Of a stretch of DNA of 64,000 nt, positions 40,021 to 52,559 are shown piece by piece (position 1 is the stretch's first letter; the number at the start of each line of letters is the position of its first letter). Position numbers and translations under genes: made by a program. The notes under the pieces were generated by a model. The model saw only the letters and a list, made by a program, of their open reading frames with translations, was not told the origin of the DNA and did not search any database. The DNA comes from Hypanus sabinus (Eukaryota): positions 38,440,001 through 38,504,000 of the forward strand of contig NC_082731.1 in NCBI RefSeq assembly GCF_030144855.1. Direction: 5' to 3'.

Positions 40021-40369
40021 CACCCTCACCGCTAAAGGGTGCAATGAAATTCCGTTAAGTGACCCTATGATCTCAGTCTCAGAGGTTCATGACAGAACTT
40101 TTCTCGGGCAGGGTGGTGAACATAAACCTGATTCTAATTTTCATGCTGTTTATATCCTGGACGTGCTTGCTTGTTTGCATGTGGCAAAAAAACTTGAACT
40201 TGCACCTGTTTCAAGCCATAGTTGTAGTAACTTGTACAGTGTTAATCACCCTGTTCTGGGACAAAGATACTCAAACTGGAAAGTGTGCAGAAAGGATGAT
40301 TTTCGAGAATGTTCCCAGAACCAGAGGACCTGAATTATACAGAGGTTGGTGAAGAAATAAAATCAGGAA

Positions 40370-41440
40370 CAAGAGAGAATCTGCAGATCACACAAAATGC
40401 TGGTGGAACACAGCAGGCCAGGCAGCATCTATAGGGAGAAGTACAGTCGATGTTTTGGGTCGAGACCCTTCGTCAGGACAAACTGAAAGAAAAGATAGTA
40501 AGAGATTTGAAAGTGGGAGGGGGAGGGGGAGATCTGAAATGATAGGAGAAGACAGGAGGGGGCGGACCTGGAAAGGTGATTGGCAAAAAGGATACACAGC
40601 TGGAGAAGGGAAAGGATCATGAGAGGGGAGGCCTAGGGAGAAAGAAAGTGAGAAGGGAGCACCAGAGGGTGATGAAGAACAGGCAAGAAGTGATTGTGAG
40701 AGGGGCAGAGAGAGAAAAAAAAGATAAAAAGAAAGGAGAGAAAACAGGGGGGGGGAGTGAGAGAGAGAGGGGGGGATAATAAATAAATAAATAAAGGATG
40801 GGGTAAGAAGGGGAGGAGGGGAACTAATGGAAGTTAGAGGTCAATGTTCATGCCATCAGGTTGGACGCTACCCAGATGGAATATAAGGTGTTGTTCCTCC
40901 AACCTGAGTGTGGCTTCATCTTGACAGTAGAGGAGCCATGGACAGACATATCAGAATGGGAATGGGATGGGAATTAAAACGTGTGGCCACTGGGAGATCC
41001 TACTTTCTCTGGTGGACAGAGCGTAGGTGTTCAGCGAAACGGTCTCCAAGTCTGCGTCAGGTCTCTCTGCAGTATACCACACCAGCCGACTCCCAGGTGA
41101 AGTGTCACCTCACCTGGAAGGACTGTCTGGGGCCCTGAATAGTGGTGAGGGAGGAAGTGTAAGGGCAGGTATAGCACTTGTTTCAAGGATAAGTGCCAGG
41201 AGGGAGATCGGTGGGGGCGACAAATGGACAAGGGAGTCGCAAAGGAAGTGATCTCTGCGGAAAGCAGAAAGAGGTGGAGAGGGTTAGACGTGCTTGGTAG
41301 TGGGATTCTATTGGAGGTGGCAGAAGTTACGGAGAATTATATATTGGATCCGGTAGGTGAGGGCAAGGGGAACCCTATCACAAGTGGGGTGGCAGGAGGA
41401 TGGGGTGTCAGCAGACGTGCGTGAAATGGGAGAGATGTGC
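40370..41440 (-). mobile_element. Penelope element 3' part
   Basis: Highly similar to 24582-25497, including the GIY-YIG region and terminal repeat. Confidence 0.88.
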
Positions 41441-41479
41441 TGATTCTCCATAACTTCCACAACCTCCAACAGGATAATA

Positions 41480-43080
41480 GAAAATGAAGTGTTAAGAATT
41501 TTTTTTGAAAGAAAAAGAAGGAGAAAAAGAACCCCTACTAACTAAAAAAACCCTACTAACTGATAAAACAAACAAACAAAAAAAAAACCATTGGGAGCAC
41601 AACCCCGGAGCTATACATCATATATCATTCCACAAAAAATCATCAGTCTGCCAACTCAAATCCACTTCAAGAAAAATCGGAAGGAAACCGTACTAATTAA
41701 CTCAAATCAGATGATAGTAGCGGGTGAATGAACCCCACCTTTTCTCAAAATCAAATCGAGGATCGAAAGTTAGACTTCTGATTTTCTCCAAACTAAGGCA
41801 TAGCATCGCCTGAGAAAACCATTGTGTCAAAGCAGGAGCAGAAGCATCTTTCCATTTCAACAAAATAGCCCTTCTGGCCAATAATGTACAAATGCAATTA
41901 CCTGTTGGTCTCATAGAGAAATACCATGAATATACTGAGGGACTATACCCAATAAAACTGTCAATTTATTAGGTTGTAAATTAATTTTTAAAACTTTAGA
42001 AATTGAGGAGAAAATAGATTTCCAAAAATGTTTCCGTACAGAACACGACCAAAACGTGTCAATGTAGCTGTCTCAGTTTTACATCTGTCACACTGACTAT
42101 CAACATTGACAAAGGAGAGACTGTCTAAAATATTTTTTTAAATAGTAATTATGTACAATTTTAAATTGAATTAGAGACTTCCCCAATAAAACCCTTCACT
42201 AAAGGATTCATTTTTAAAATAATATCTAACAGGTCAGAATCTTGTATATATGGAAAATTAATTAAGTATTTTTGTAAGAAACTGACCTGAAGAAATTGCA
42301 GGAAATGTGAATATGAGAGAGAGTATTTAGATACTAATTTCTCAAAAGACATCAATTGGCCATCCTGGAACAGATCCATGAAGGAATAAACCCCTGTATT
42401 CCTCCAAAAAAGAAAGGTAGGATCACTTAATGAAGGTTTAAATAAATAATTTTGATCAATTAAACTAAAAAGTTTAAATTTTTTAAGATGAAAAAAGTTA
42501 CGAAACTGGAACCAAATTCATAATGACCGTTTAATCATAGGATATAAATTTAAATTAGTAATTTTGGCCAGTTGTACAGGTAAAGAAGCTCCTAATAATG
42601 AGGTTAAGTGAAACTGTTTCACAGCATTCAATTCCAAATCAGCCCAAGGCAGTTGTTCATCTCTATCAGCCCAATATAACCAAAAACACATGTAACGTAT
42701 ATTGACAGCCCAATAATACATTCTTAAATTAGGCAAAGCAAGACCTCTATCTTTTTTTAATGTTTTGTAAATGATATTTACTAATTCTTGGTCTTTTATT
42801 ATTCCAAACAAAAGATGAAATAATAGAGTCAATCCGATTGAAAAACTTCTTAGTTAAAAAAAGGGATATTTTGAAATAGATATAAACATTTTAAAATCAT
42901 CATTTTAACTGCATGAATTCAGCCGACTAATGAAAGTGTAAATGGATTCCATCTACAAAATAATTGCTTTATAAAATCCACTAAAGGAAACAAATTAGTT
43001 TCAAAGGTCTTTATGATTTTTAGTGATAATAATACCTAAATATTTAAATGAGTCCGAAACTCTAAAAGGAATGTCCAACT
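41480..43080 (-). mobile_element. L1-clade LINE 3' fragment
   Basis: FKYLGIIITK, GLALPNLRMYYWAVN, LLARRAILLKWK..LSLEKIR. Confidence 0.88.
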
Positions 43081-43081
43081 C

Positions 43082-43720
43082 CAATCCTGCCAAAGGGTTT
43101 TGACTTGAAATGTTGACTATACTTTTTTTCCACAGATGCTGTCTGGTCTGCTGAGTTCCTCCATCATTTTGTGTACATTGCTTGAATTTCCAGCACCTGC
43201 AGATTTCCATGCGTTTGAGAATCTGCAGAAGCTGGAAATCGAGCAATGTACACACAATGATGGAGGAACTCAGCAGACCAGACAGCATCTATGGAAAAAA
43301 AGTACAGTCGACATTTCAGGTCGAAATGCTTTGGCAGGATTGGAGAAAAAAAGCTGAGGGGTAGATTTAACACGTGGGGGAGGGGAGAGAGAAACACAAG
43401 GTGATAGGTGAAACCTGAGGGGGAGGGATAAAGAGTTAGGAAGTTGATTGGTGAAAGAGATGGAAGGCCATGGAAGAAAGAAAAGGAGGGGAGGAGCACC
43501 AGAGGGAGGCGATGGGTAGGCAAGGAGATGAGGTGAGAGAGAGAAACAGGGATGGGAAATGGTGAAGGAAAGGGAGTGGTTGGGGAGCATTACTGGAAGT
43601 TTGAGAAGTCAATGTTCATGCCATCAGGTTGGAGGCTACCCAAATGGAATCTAAGGTGTTGTTCCTCCAACCTGAGTGTGGCCTCAGCATGACAGTAGAG
43701 GAGGCCATGGATGGACATGA
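43082..43720. mobile_element. Penelope 3' part with inverted (tail-to-tail) terminal repeat
   Basis: Plus-strand terminus 43082-43210 followed by minus-strand terminus and body to about 43720. Confidence 0.8.
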
Positions 43721-43861
43721 AAGGAATAAAATCACTGCTTGTTTAATTATGTCTTCTCTTTAACAGGGTGAGCAAAACTTTAAGTGTGGCCTCACCAGAA
43801 TCCGGTACAAATGAACCAGAAGACCTCTCAACTTTCATACTCAGTGCTTTGACTTACGAAG

Positions 43862-44570
43862 ATTAGAATCAGAACCAGGTTTATTATCACCGGCATGTGT
43901 TGTGAAATTCGTTAACTTAGCAGCAGCAGTTCAATGCAATACACAATATAGAAGAACTAAAAGTAAAATAAATAAATAAATATGTAAATCAATTACAGCA
44001 TACATATATTGAACATAGAACATAGAATAGTACAGTACAGTGCAGGTCCTTCGGCCCACAATGTTGTGCCGACCCTCAAACCCTGCCTCCCATATAACCC
44101 CCCCCCCCACCTTAAATTCCTCCATATACCTGTCTAGTAGACTCTTAAATTTCAATAGTATACCTGCCTCCACCAATAACTTAGGCAGTGCATTCCATGC
44201 ACCAACCACATTTGAATACATTAAAAATCATGTAAAACCAGAAATAATGTATACTTAAAAGTGAGGTTGTGTTCATGGGTTCAATGTCCACTTAGGAATT
44301 GGATGGCAGAGGGGAAGAAGCTGTTCCTGAATTGTTGAGTGCGTGCCTTCAAGCTTCTGTACCTCCTTCCTGATGGTAACAGTGAGAAGAGGGTGTGCCC
44401 TGAGTGCTGGACATCTTTAATAATGGACGCTGCCTTTCTGAGACACCACTCCCTGAAGATGTCCTGGGTACTTTGTAGATGTCTTGGGTACCCAAGATGG
44501 AGCTGACTAAATTAACAACCCTCTGCAGCATCTTTCGGTCCTCTGCAGTAGCCCCCCACCCCCATACCAT
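43862..44570 (-). mobile_element. Rex1/Babar 3' end with nested CR1 tail (44011-44208)
   Basis: AEDRKMLQRVVNLVSSILGT; gaacatagaacatagaatag CR1 tail. Confidence 0.75.
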
Positions 44571-44949
44571 GCCAAAAGCCTCCATCACAGACTTTGCCAG
44601 CACCACATACCTAAATTCAAGGATTTGGGGTTTTGGCAAAAAATATACATACCTCTTCAGTTAATCTCACCTTTAAAAACTTCCAAGGCAACTTTCAAAC
44701 ATTATTAAGCATCCTCCCCATCCAGTACTTGCTCTCTTCTTGTAATTAGGGAGGAGGTGCAGGAGACTGAAGAGCCATAATGGACAATTTGTGAACATTT
44801 TGTTCCCTTCAATCATCAGATATGTGAATTGTTTGTGAACATTACTCCATAATCCATTTCTTTGTGCTGTTTATTTCCATTGTAATATGTTGTAAATTCT
44901 TATATCTGTTTACTACACTCCTGCTTCAAAGTACCAAATCTCCAGACCC

Positions 44950-45365
44950 TGAGACCATAAGATATAGGAGCAATATTAGGCTCTTTGGCCCATCGAGTCT
45001 ACTCTGCCATTTCATTATGCCTGATCCAGTTTCCCTCTGAGACCCAGTCTCCTGCCTTCTCCCCGTGTCCCTTTATGCCCTGACTAATCACAAATCTATC
45101 AACTTCTGTCTTAAATACACCCAATGACTTGGCCTCCACAGCTGCCTGTGGCCACAAGTACCACAAATTCACCACTCTCTGGCTAAAGAAATTCCTCCTC
45201 ATCTCCATTCTAAAAGGACATCCCTCTATTCTGGGGATGCGTCGTCTGGTCTTGGACTCCTCCACCACAGGAAACATCCTCTCCACATCCACTCCTGTGA
45301 GGTCTTTCTATATTCAATAGGCTTCAATGAGGTCACCTTTCATTCTTCTGAATCACAGTGAGTAG
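44950..45365 (-). mobile_element. CR1 3' fragment
   Basis: MEMRRNFFSQRVVNLW. Confidence 0.85.
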
Positions 45366-45829
45366 AAGCATGTAAGAGGGTGACATTAATCCAGATTCTG
45401 ACACCAAGCTGAGGTATCTATCTTCTGCCTATTGAATTTTGGTGGAACATGGAGAAAAACCTAATATTTGAATATTGGTAGAGTACGAACGTATTTCAGA
45501 TTGAAGCTGAAAAGATCTGGAACATGCTGCACAGAAGGAAACAAAATCCCTGCATCAGCTTTGTTTCTTTCACCAAATTACCTTTGTTCATTGTCATCTG
45601 GTCCTGACTTTCTGCCACTGAGACCATGTGTTTTTGTATTCTCCCTGGGTAACAAATGACCAGTAGCATTCACATCGCAAAATTGCCACACGGTGTTAAT
45701 CTCCAATGACAAAGTCCAATAATCTACCCTTGAGGTTCAATGGCATTTCCTGACACTGTGTTTACCACCGTGAAATGCCTGGAGGGTTACAAGCAGCAGA
45801 AGCAGCCATGTAAGTGCTGTGTGCTCTTA

Positions 45830-46537
45830 GTAGATGCAGGAGTAGGCCATTTGGTCCTTCGAGCCAACACCACCATTCAATGTGATCATGGCTGATCGTC
45901 CACAATCAGTACCCCGTTCCTGCCCTCTCCCCATATCCCTTGACTCCGCTATCTTTAAGAGCTCTATCTAACCCTTTCTTGAAAGCATCCAGAGAATTGG
46001 CCTCCACTGCCTTCTGAGGCAGAGCATTCCATAGATCCACAACTCTCTGGGTGAAAAAGTTTTTCCTCAACTCCGTTCTAAATGGCCTACCCCTTATTCT
46101 TAAACTGTGGCCTCTGGTTCTGGACTCCCCCAACATCGGGAACATATTTCCTGTCTCTAGTGTGTCCAATCCCTTAATAATCTTATATGTTTCAATCAGA
46201 TCCCCCTCATCCTTCTAAATTTCAGTGTATACAAGCCCAGTCACTCCAATCTTTCAACATATGACAGTTCCGCCATCCCAGAAATCAACCTTGTGAACCT
46301 ACGCTGCACTCCCTCAATAGCAAGAATGTCCTTCCTGAAATTTGGAGACCAAAACTGCACACAATACTCCAGGTGAGGTCTCACCAGGGCCCTGTACAAC
46401 TGCAGAAGGACCTCTTTGCTCCTATACTCAACTCCCCTTGTTATGAAGGCCAACATGCCATCAGCTTTCTTCACTGCCTGCTGTACCTGCATGCTTACTT
46501 TCAGCGACCAATGAACAAGGACACCTAGATCTCGTTG
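45830..46537 (-). mobile_element. CR1 3' fragment (young)
   Basis: RDLGVLVH, LYRALVRPHLEYCVQFWSP, RKNFFTQRVV. Confidence 0.9.
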
Positions 46538-46816
46538 TAGGTCGTGGGACATGTCCAGAAACTGAGCAAAATCATGGAGTGATCAAGGGGAAAAATGACC
46601 CAGACAGGAAAAACAGGGAATTTGATGTGTTTGGGATATCCAAATTGTGCCCAGTTAGCAGAGAAGGTGCTGGCTACATGTTTATCTAATGATGGTGAGG
46701 TCATTGTGCAGATGTCCCATGGTGCACTATTGTGATAAAATAGTATGGAGGGAGAGAGGCAGAAGGAAGGAGATGGGGAGAGGGAAGGGAGGGAAAGGTA
46801 AGAGGGAGGAAAGAAG

Positions 46817-46821
<5 letters not shown>

Positions 46822-46863
<42 letters not shown>
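46822..46863. repeat. (GA)n microsatellite
   Basis: Perfect GA run. Confidence 0.95.
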
Positions 46864-46866
<3 letters not shown>

Positions 46867-46895
46867 CTACATGAAAGGTGTCAGATATATGGTAC

Positions 46896-47222
46896 GGACA
46901 GACAGACATACTTTATTGATCCCGAGGGAAACTGGGTTTTGTTACAGTCACACCAACCAAGAATAGTGTAGAAATATAGCAATATAAACCCATAAATAAT
47001 TAAATAATAATGTTAATCATGCCAAGTGGAAATAAGTCCAGGACCAGCCTATTGGCTCAGGGTGTCTGACACTTCGAGGGAGGAGTTGTAAAGTTTGATG
47101 GCCACAGGCAGGAATGACTTCCTATGACGCTCAGTGTTGCATCTTGGTGGAATGAGTCTCTGGCTGAATGTACTCCTGTGCCTAACCAGTACATTATGGA
47201 GTGGATGGGAGTCATTGTCCAT
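46896..47222 (-). mobile_element. Rex1/Babar 3' end
   Basis: MDNDSHPLH..RCNTERHRKSFLPVAIKLYN; (TCTG)n tail. Confidence 0.8.
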
Positions 47223-48109
47223 ACCTCCTGGGTTCTGCAAATCATTTAGTGGATGATAATTATTAGTTTGTTTTCTGTACTTCTACTTCATGAACCATTT
47301 GTTTTTCTTTCTGTATGGCATGTTCTATGTAACTCCTACAAAGTGATTTCTTGTGGCTTTATCTGTGCACAGTGACTTCTTTGTTTATGAATGGATGCAC
47401 AAATTCCCGTTGTTGAATCAGAAAAAGAACACAAAATGAATTTTAAAGTATTTTCATTACAGTAATTGAACTAATAAAATGGCAGCTTAAGGTTTTGGGT
47501 TCTGTTGTGCTTCCTAAAGGTCAGCTGGTGTTGGGAGTTTTGCTCATCTATAGGAGTGCCTTACATCTCCTTTGGTAGAAAAGTATCTCCACCCAGCCAC
47601 CCATTATCCAGTAACCTTGTTAAATGTGTTGGTGTAGAGTTCGAAGAAAGCAGCATCTCCCCTCACAATGATTTTTCTACAGCTAAATGCCCTGCTAGCA
47701 AACTTGTCTGTGGCTTTGGACTTGTGTTATCTATTACCACAGTGATCTTCTCAGATTTTGACATAATTTTTAGAGTTAATATCTCTACTCAGATTTGCCT
47801 TCTTTGGTTTAAAAATAAGTCTGGCTTCACCGAGGTGTTCAATTCCATCGCTGGGTGACTGATTGTGCCAAACAGCTTAGATTATTTGGTTAATAGGTGG
47901 GTAAGAGGGAGAAGGGCTTACAGTGAATGGGTGGGCACTGATAAGCTTGTGGAACAAAGGGACCTGGAAACACCGTTCACTGAACGTGGCCGTGACAGGA
48001 CGGTGAAGAAGGCGTTTAGCATGCTGGCCTTCATCAGTCAGGCCATTGATTTTAGGAACAGACCAGTAAGAGGGAGGAGATTTGAAAGGGACCAGAGGGG
48101 TAATTTTAA

Positions 48110-48490
48110 TAGCGGGCAGTGAGTAGGTTGGGGTGGAGTGTTCTTTCCCTCCCGGCTGGCCTGCAGGTCAGACTTGGGCAAAGTGTAGCACCTACTTAGC
48201 CTCCTCACACCAGTCAGAGTCAGGTGAAGTAATGGGAGCAGTGGTGGATGGTCGTATGAGCAGCCGGTGCAGATCACAAGTCCTGGTTATGCGACCACTG
48301 ACGCCAGGCAGACAATCTCCAAAGGGTATTGATGATGGCTGTTGTCAGCTGCCTTGTAACGACACTGCCCAGAAGAAGGCCATGGCAAACCAGTTCTGAA
48401 GATATATTTGCCAAGAACAGTGATGGGCATATAGACCATGATTGCCCACGTCATATGACATGGCACCTGATGATAATGATGATGATGATG
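48110..48490 (+). mobile_element. RTE-related SINE-like element
   Basis: gaagaaggccatggcaaaccag motif and (GAT)n tail. Confidence 0.5.
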
Positions 48491-48859
48491 GAATGAACTA
48501 TCATAAGAAGTGGTCAAGGCAGGGTCGATAACAATACTTATGAGGCAGTTGGATAGGAATATGGTAGGGAGGGTCTTGGAAGGTTATGGACCCAAATGGA
48601 CAACTGGGATGTTGGAGGATGTTGTGTTCATCATGGACCAGTTGGGCATAGAGTGATGTATCTCACATCTCACTATGTCTCTATCTCAAAGTGATATGGG
48701 AAAAAAACAGAGGAGATAAACTAGCTAGATTGCATTTTATAACAGTTGTTATAATGGACTAAAATTCCTCCTTTGCAGCTGCATCATTTTATGATTCTCA
48801 TCCATTGAACAGTCATTTCTGTAAATAATTATTTAAGAGCAAATTGTTGGTTGGTTGCT

Positions 48860-49025
48860 TGATATACAGTACGGAATCGGCCCTTCCAGTCCACTGTGCC
48901 GCACAGTCCAGTCGGTATATCTTTAGACTGTGGAGGAAACTGGAGCACCTGGAGAAAATGCAAGTGGTCATGGGGAGAACGTACAAGCTCCTTAGAATTC
49001 AACCCAGGTCGCTGGTACTATAAAG
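48860..49025 (-). mobile_element. V-SINE-like element
   Basis: ggaggaaactggagcacctggag core; B-box on the minus strand. Confidence 0.65.
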
Positions 49026-49423
49026 CATTGTGCTAATCACTACCTTACCCAACTGTGAGATCTTCCTTTTGGTCATAGTAATTTAAGCAAGAAAAAAAAA
49101 CAAACCTTTCAAAGAGTTCCTTAGTAATAGCCACTAAACTTCATTGTCCTTTCACAATGATTGCATTGATTTTTGCCTCTTCAATTGCCCTATCCTATTT
49201 ATTCAGACCAAAACAATAATGGATACAATATTTCCTTTTGTAATATCACAAAGTTTCACAGCCATTGAAGGGTATGAATGGAATATAGAACAGGATACCA
49301 AATCTTATTAATTGATAGATGAGGAGCAAATATGTACATTCTTTGATAATACAAATGTGTATATTTTGAACTTGAACTTCTGGTGCAGGACCTGCATTTG
49401 TGTACACCTGTTGTTATGCTTAC

Positions 49424-50000
49424 CTTGTGCTAGCTTTGAAATGACAGTGATTAGGTCCTGCCCACACCTTCATTATTTTGGGACTAAGATAGGAATATTT
49501 CCCTGGCTTGTTTGAAAGTTGGACACAGAGGCTGCTGAAATCCACATCTGTGAGTGGAATCATTTCTTTACTACTATACATAAAAAAGTTGAAGTATTTT
49601 AACAAAGAGTTCTCCAATTTAAACATATTTAAGATCAACATATTTATAATCCCACTTAAGATGCTGATATACCAAGTCAGCAAGCCCTTTTTGTTTCTGC
49701 TTCAAGTATCATACCTATAACAGGTTTCAACTTGTAGTTCTGGGGAACAATGATAATTTCGACAATGCAGGAGTGTTTCTAGAGTTGGTGAAGTATTCTT
49801 ACCTCTTTTGACCGTTATTCATCGTGGCTACTTCTTCCTGATCATGAAAATATTGTCCCAAAAAATCGCCTCCATCAAAGTCATCCCCATCAAAGTCATT
49901 CCCCAGGGTGTCACCGACATTCTGGTGATTATCTGCCAACTTTGACTCTAGATTCATGTCAAATAGATGATTTTTTCCTTGAATTTCTCTAACATTGACA
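49424..50000 (-). pseudogene. NCAPH: Two-exon relic of condensin complex subunit 2 (kleisin CAP-H/Barren)
   Basis: Exon 49803-~50000 MLEKFK/NHLFDMN..LGNDFDGDD..DQEE and exon 49424-49573 SKEMIPLTDVDFSSLCVQLSNKPGKYSYLSPKIMKVWAGPNHCHF; resembles vertebrate NCAPH [24 protein letters not shown] (recalled); phase-matched GT-AG intron. Confidence 0.75.
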
Positions 50001-50080
50001 TACAAGGGGTGATTGATAAGTTTATGGCCCAAGGTAGAAGGAGTCAATTTTAGAAAACCTAGCACTTTTATTTTTCAATG
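50001..50080. mobile_element. Half copy of the mariner MITE
   Basis: TA-CAAGGGGTGATTGATAAGTTTATGGCCCAAGGTAGAAGGAGTC, same TIR as at 24525. Confidence 0.8.
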
Positions 50081-50605
50081 GGCAGGGTGTTCACCAGCGT
50101 AGGCAGCCAACAAACTGGCAAGCATAGCTGGGAACTATGCGAGTGCCTGCAGATAACCCTTTTTTTGGAAGGAAATGGGAGGAGCCAAAGGAGAAATTAT
50201 TGAGAGTGAGAACAAGTTCCGCTAGATGGAGGAGAGTGGTGGTGGAGGGGAACTGGTTGTGTCTGGTGTCCAGAAAGAAACAGAGAGCTTTGTGTCCTTC
50301 CTGGTGGGGGGATGGAGGTGTATAGGGACTGGACATCCATAGTGAAAATAAGATGATGGGGGCCAGGGAACCTGAAATCCTTGAAAAGATCAAGAGCTTG
50401 TGAAGTGTCATGGATAGAGGTAGGAAGGGACCGAACTGGGGGGGGGGGCAAAACAGAGTCGAGGCATGTAAATATAAGTTCAGTGGGGCAGGAACAAGCT
50501 GAAACAATGGGTTTACCTGGACAGGTGGGTTTGTGGATCTTGGGTAGGAGGTAGAAATGGGAGGTGTGGGGTGCGGGAACTGTGAGGTTGGTAAAGCCCC
50601 ACTTG
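50081..50605 (-). mobile_element. Penelope RT fragment
   Basis: FYLLPKIHK..PIVSACSCPTE..TMDVQSLYTSIP..LAELVLTLNNFSF. Confidence 0.9.
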
Positions 50606-51329
50606 TCTTTTCCTTTACATGACAACAAAATCCTCTGTTTGTCATTTGTCTCCATAGTTTGAAGTAGAGAAACTAGATTGAAATTAAATGATGAAGATGC
50701 GTATTTCCTGACCATATTTGTTGAAATATTAAGTATATGAAGTACTGCAGGTCTACCCCATCAGCAAGTTGCTCGATAGTGGTGAATGGATTTACTGTGC
50801 CTACTACAGTGACCCAACGAGAAAGGTGTTGGAGGTGAAGTGCAGTCCAACAAATGTTGCAAATGATGATTTCCTTATTCTTCTTGCGATTGCAGGATCC
50901 TGCTGGATATTGGTGAGGTTGAATACTACAAGTCCGCTTCACTGAATCACCGGTGAGACTGATGGCGGAGTGGGGGGGGGGGGCGTATGGCCTAGATCAT
51001 TCCGCAGACCTGGCCCACATGCAGCTGCCCAGCGGAGGAGCCACTGGAGGCGCAGTGGTGCATCAAGCATTCGGGCTGGGCTGGGTGATGGCCCCACTTA
51101 CGGGTGCTGCCTTCCAGTGCAGGAAAGCTGGAATGCGTTTGTCTGAGGCTGAATTAGTGAGTGATGAGGAACTGCTACATACTTTTTCTTGCAGGAACAT
51201 GACTCCAGGACAATCATCCCGTACACCATCAATCTCCAGGCCAGGACACACAGGGACTTGGGTTATATATCTTTTTTGTGATTGTATGTTTTAATTACTT
51301 TAGTTGTGATTGTATGTTGTAATCCCAAG

Positions 51330-51610
51330 TATATTTCGTTATTGACATACGGTATGGAATTGGCCCTTATAGACTTATCACCCTGTAATCCCCCAATTTA
51401 ATCCTGGCCTATTTACTGGACAATTTACAATGAGCAATTTACCAACTAACCAGCAGGTCTTTGGAATGTAGGTGGAAATCAGAGTACCTGGACAAAACCC
51501 AAGCAGCCATGGGGAGATCATGCAAAATCCTTACAGGCTCTGATGGGAATTGAACCCACATCCTTGGTACTGTAAAACATTGTGCTAACTACTATGCTAC
51601 CGTGTTGTCC
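51330..51610 (-). mobile_element. V-SINE-like element
   Basis: Minus-strand tRNA-like head (gtagcatagtagttagc; gggttcaattccc) and core. Confidence 0.7.
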
Positions 51611-52032
51611 CAACAATATGTGCCTTGTGTGACTGTTGGTACTGTTTATTGCAGCTTGGCCCCAGAGGAATGGTGTTTTGTTTGTTTGTGTGGTTGTACA
51701 ACATTTAGACTTGAACTTAAACGTTCCAGCCTTATTGTCTTATTTTCATGCAATTTGTCAAGTCTTTAGTTTAGTTCAAAGTAAATTTACTATCAAGGTT
51801 CATTTATGTACTGTACATTAATTCCTGCAAATGACAACACTTGTGCCACCTCTCTCTCTCATCACTGTTAGTAATTTTCCTTCCTTACCAGTTTCCTGTG
51901 CTTTTGACGTCATTCCTTGCAATACTGTGGAGGGCAGATCATTGGATGTATTTAAAATGTAGGTTGATAGATCTTTGATGAATAAGGATGTCAAAGGCCA
52001 CAGGAGAATAGTGTTGAGAGGGAAAATAAATC

Positions 52033-52230
52033 AAGCAACACACACAAAATGCTGGTGGAATGCAGCAGGCTAGGCAACATCTATAGGGAACTGTCAACGT
52101 CCTGACAAAGGGTCTTGACCCGAAACGTCGACAGTGCTTCTCCTATAGATGCTGCCTGGCCTGCTGTGTTCCACCAGCAGTTTGTGTGTGTTGCTTGAAT
52201 TTCGAGCATCTGCGGATTTCCTAGTGTTTG
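52033..52230. mobile_element. Head-to-head inverted Penelope cassette within a CR1 3' end (51920-52320)
   Basis: Inverted arms; hammerhead-like GTC-CTGACAA-A-GGGTC-TT-GACCC-GAAAC-GTC-GAC at 52099-52132. Confidence 0.8.
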
Positions 52231-52559
52231 CTGGGAAAATAAATCAGCCATGATTGAATAGCACAGCAGACTCCAAGTGCCAAATGGCCTAATTCTGCTC
52301 CTATGCCTTATGATCTTACTTAAAGTGAAGGGGAACGTAGTGTGGGTGAGGGGATGAAGTTTGAAATGAGAGGTACAAGGTGGAAGAGGTGAAGAGCTGA
52401 TGAATGATGACACAGACAGGAGAAGAGAGTTGTCAGTGGGAGAACGGGAACGAGGAGGGACATTATGAACATTTTCACTGCTCCGAACTGGCTGTGTCTC
52501 ACAAAACTGTTCTCTCCCCCCAATACTCGACTATCCTCTGAAGTCCGAAAGCTGAGTTA

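Noticed and set aside
47230-47860. Coding-like minus-strand sequence as further NCAPH exons (also 49120-49388 and 50610-50940)
   Set aside because: No recognisable NCAPH motifs, stops in the frames examined, and the implied intron at 49389-49423 would be only 35 nt
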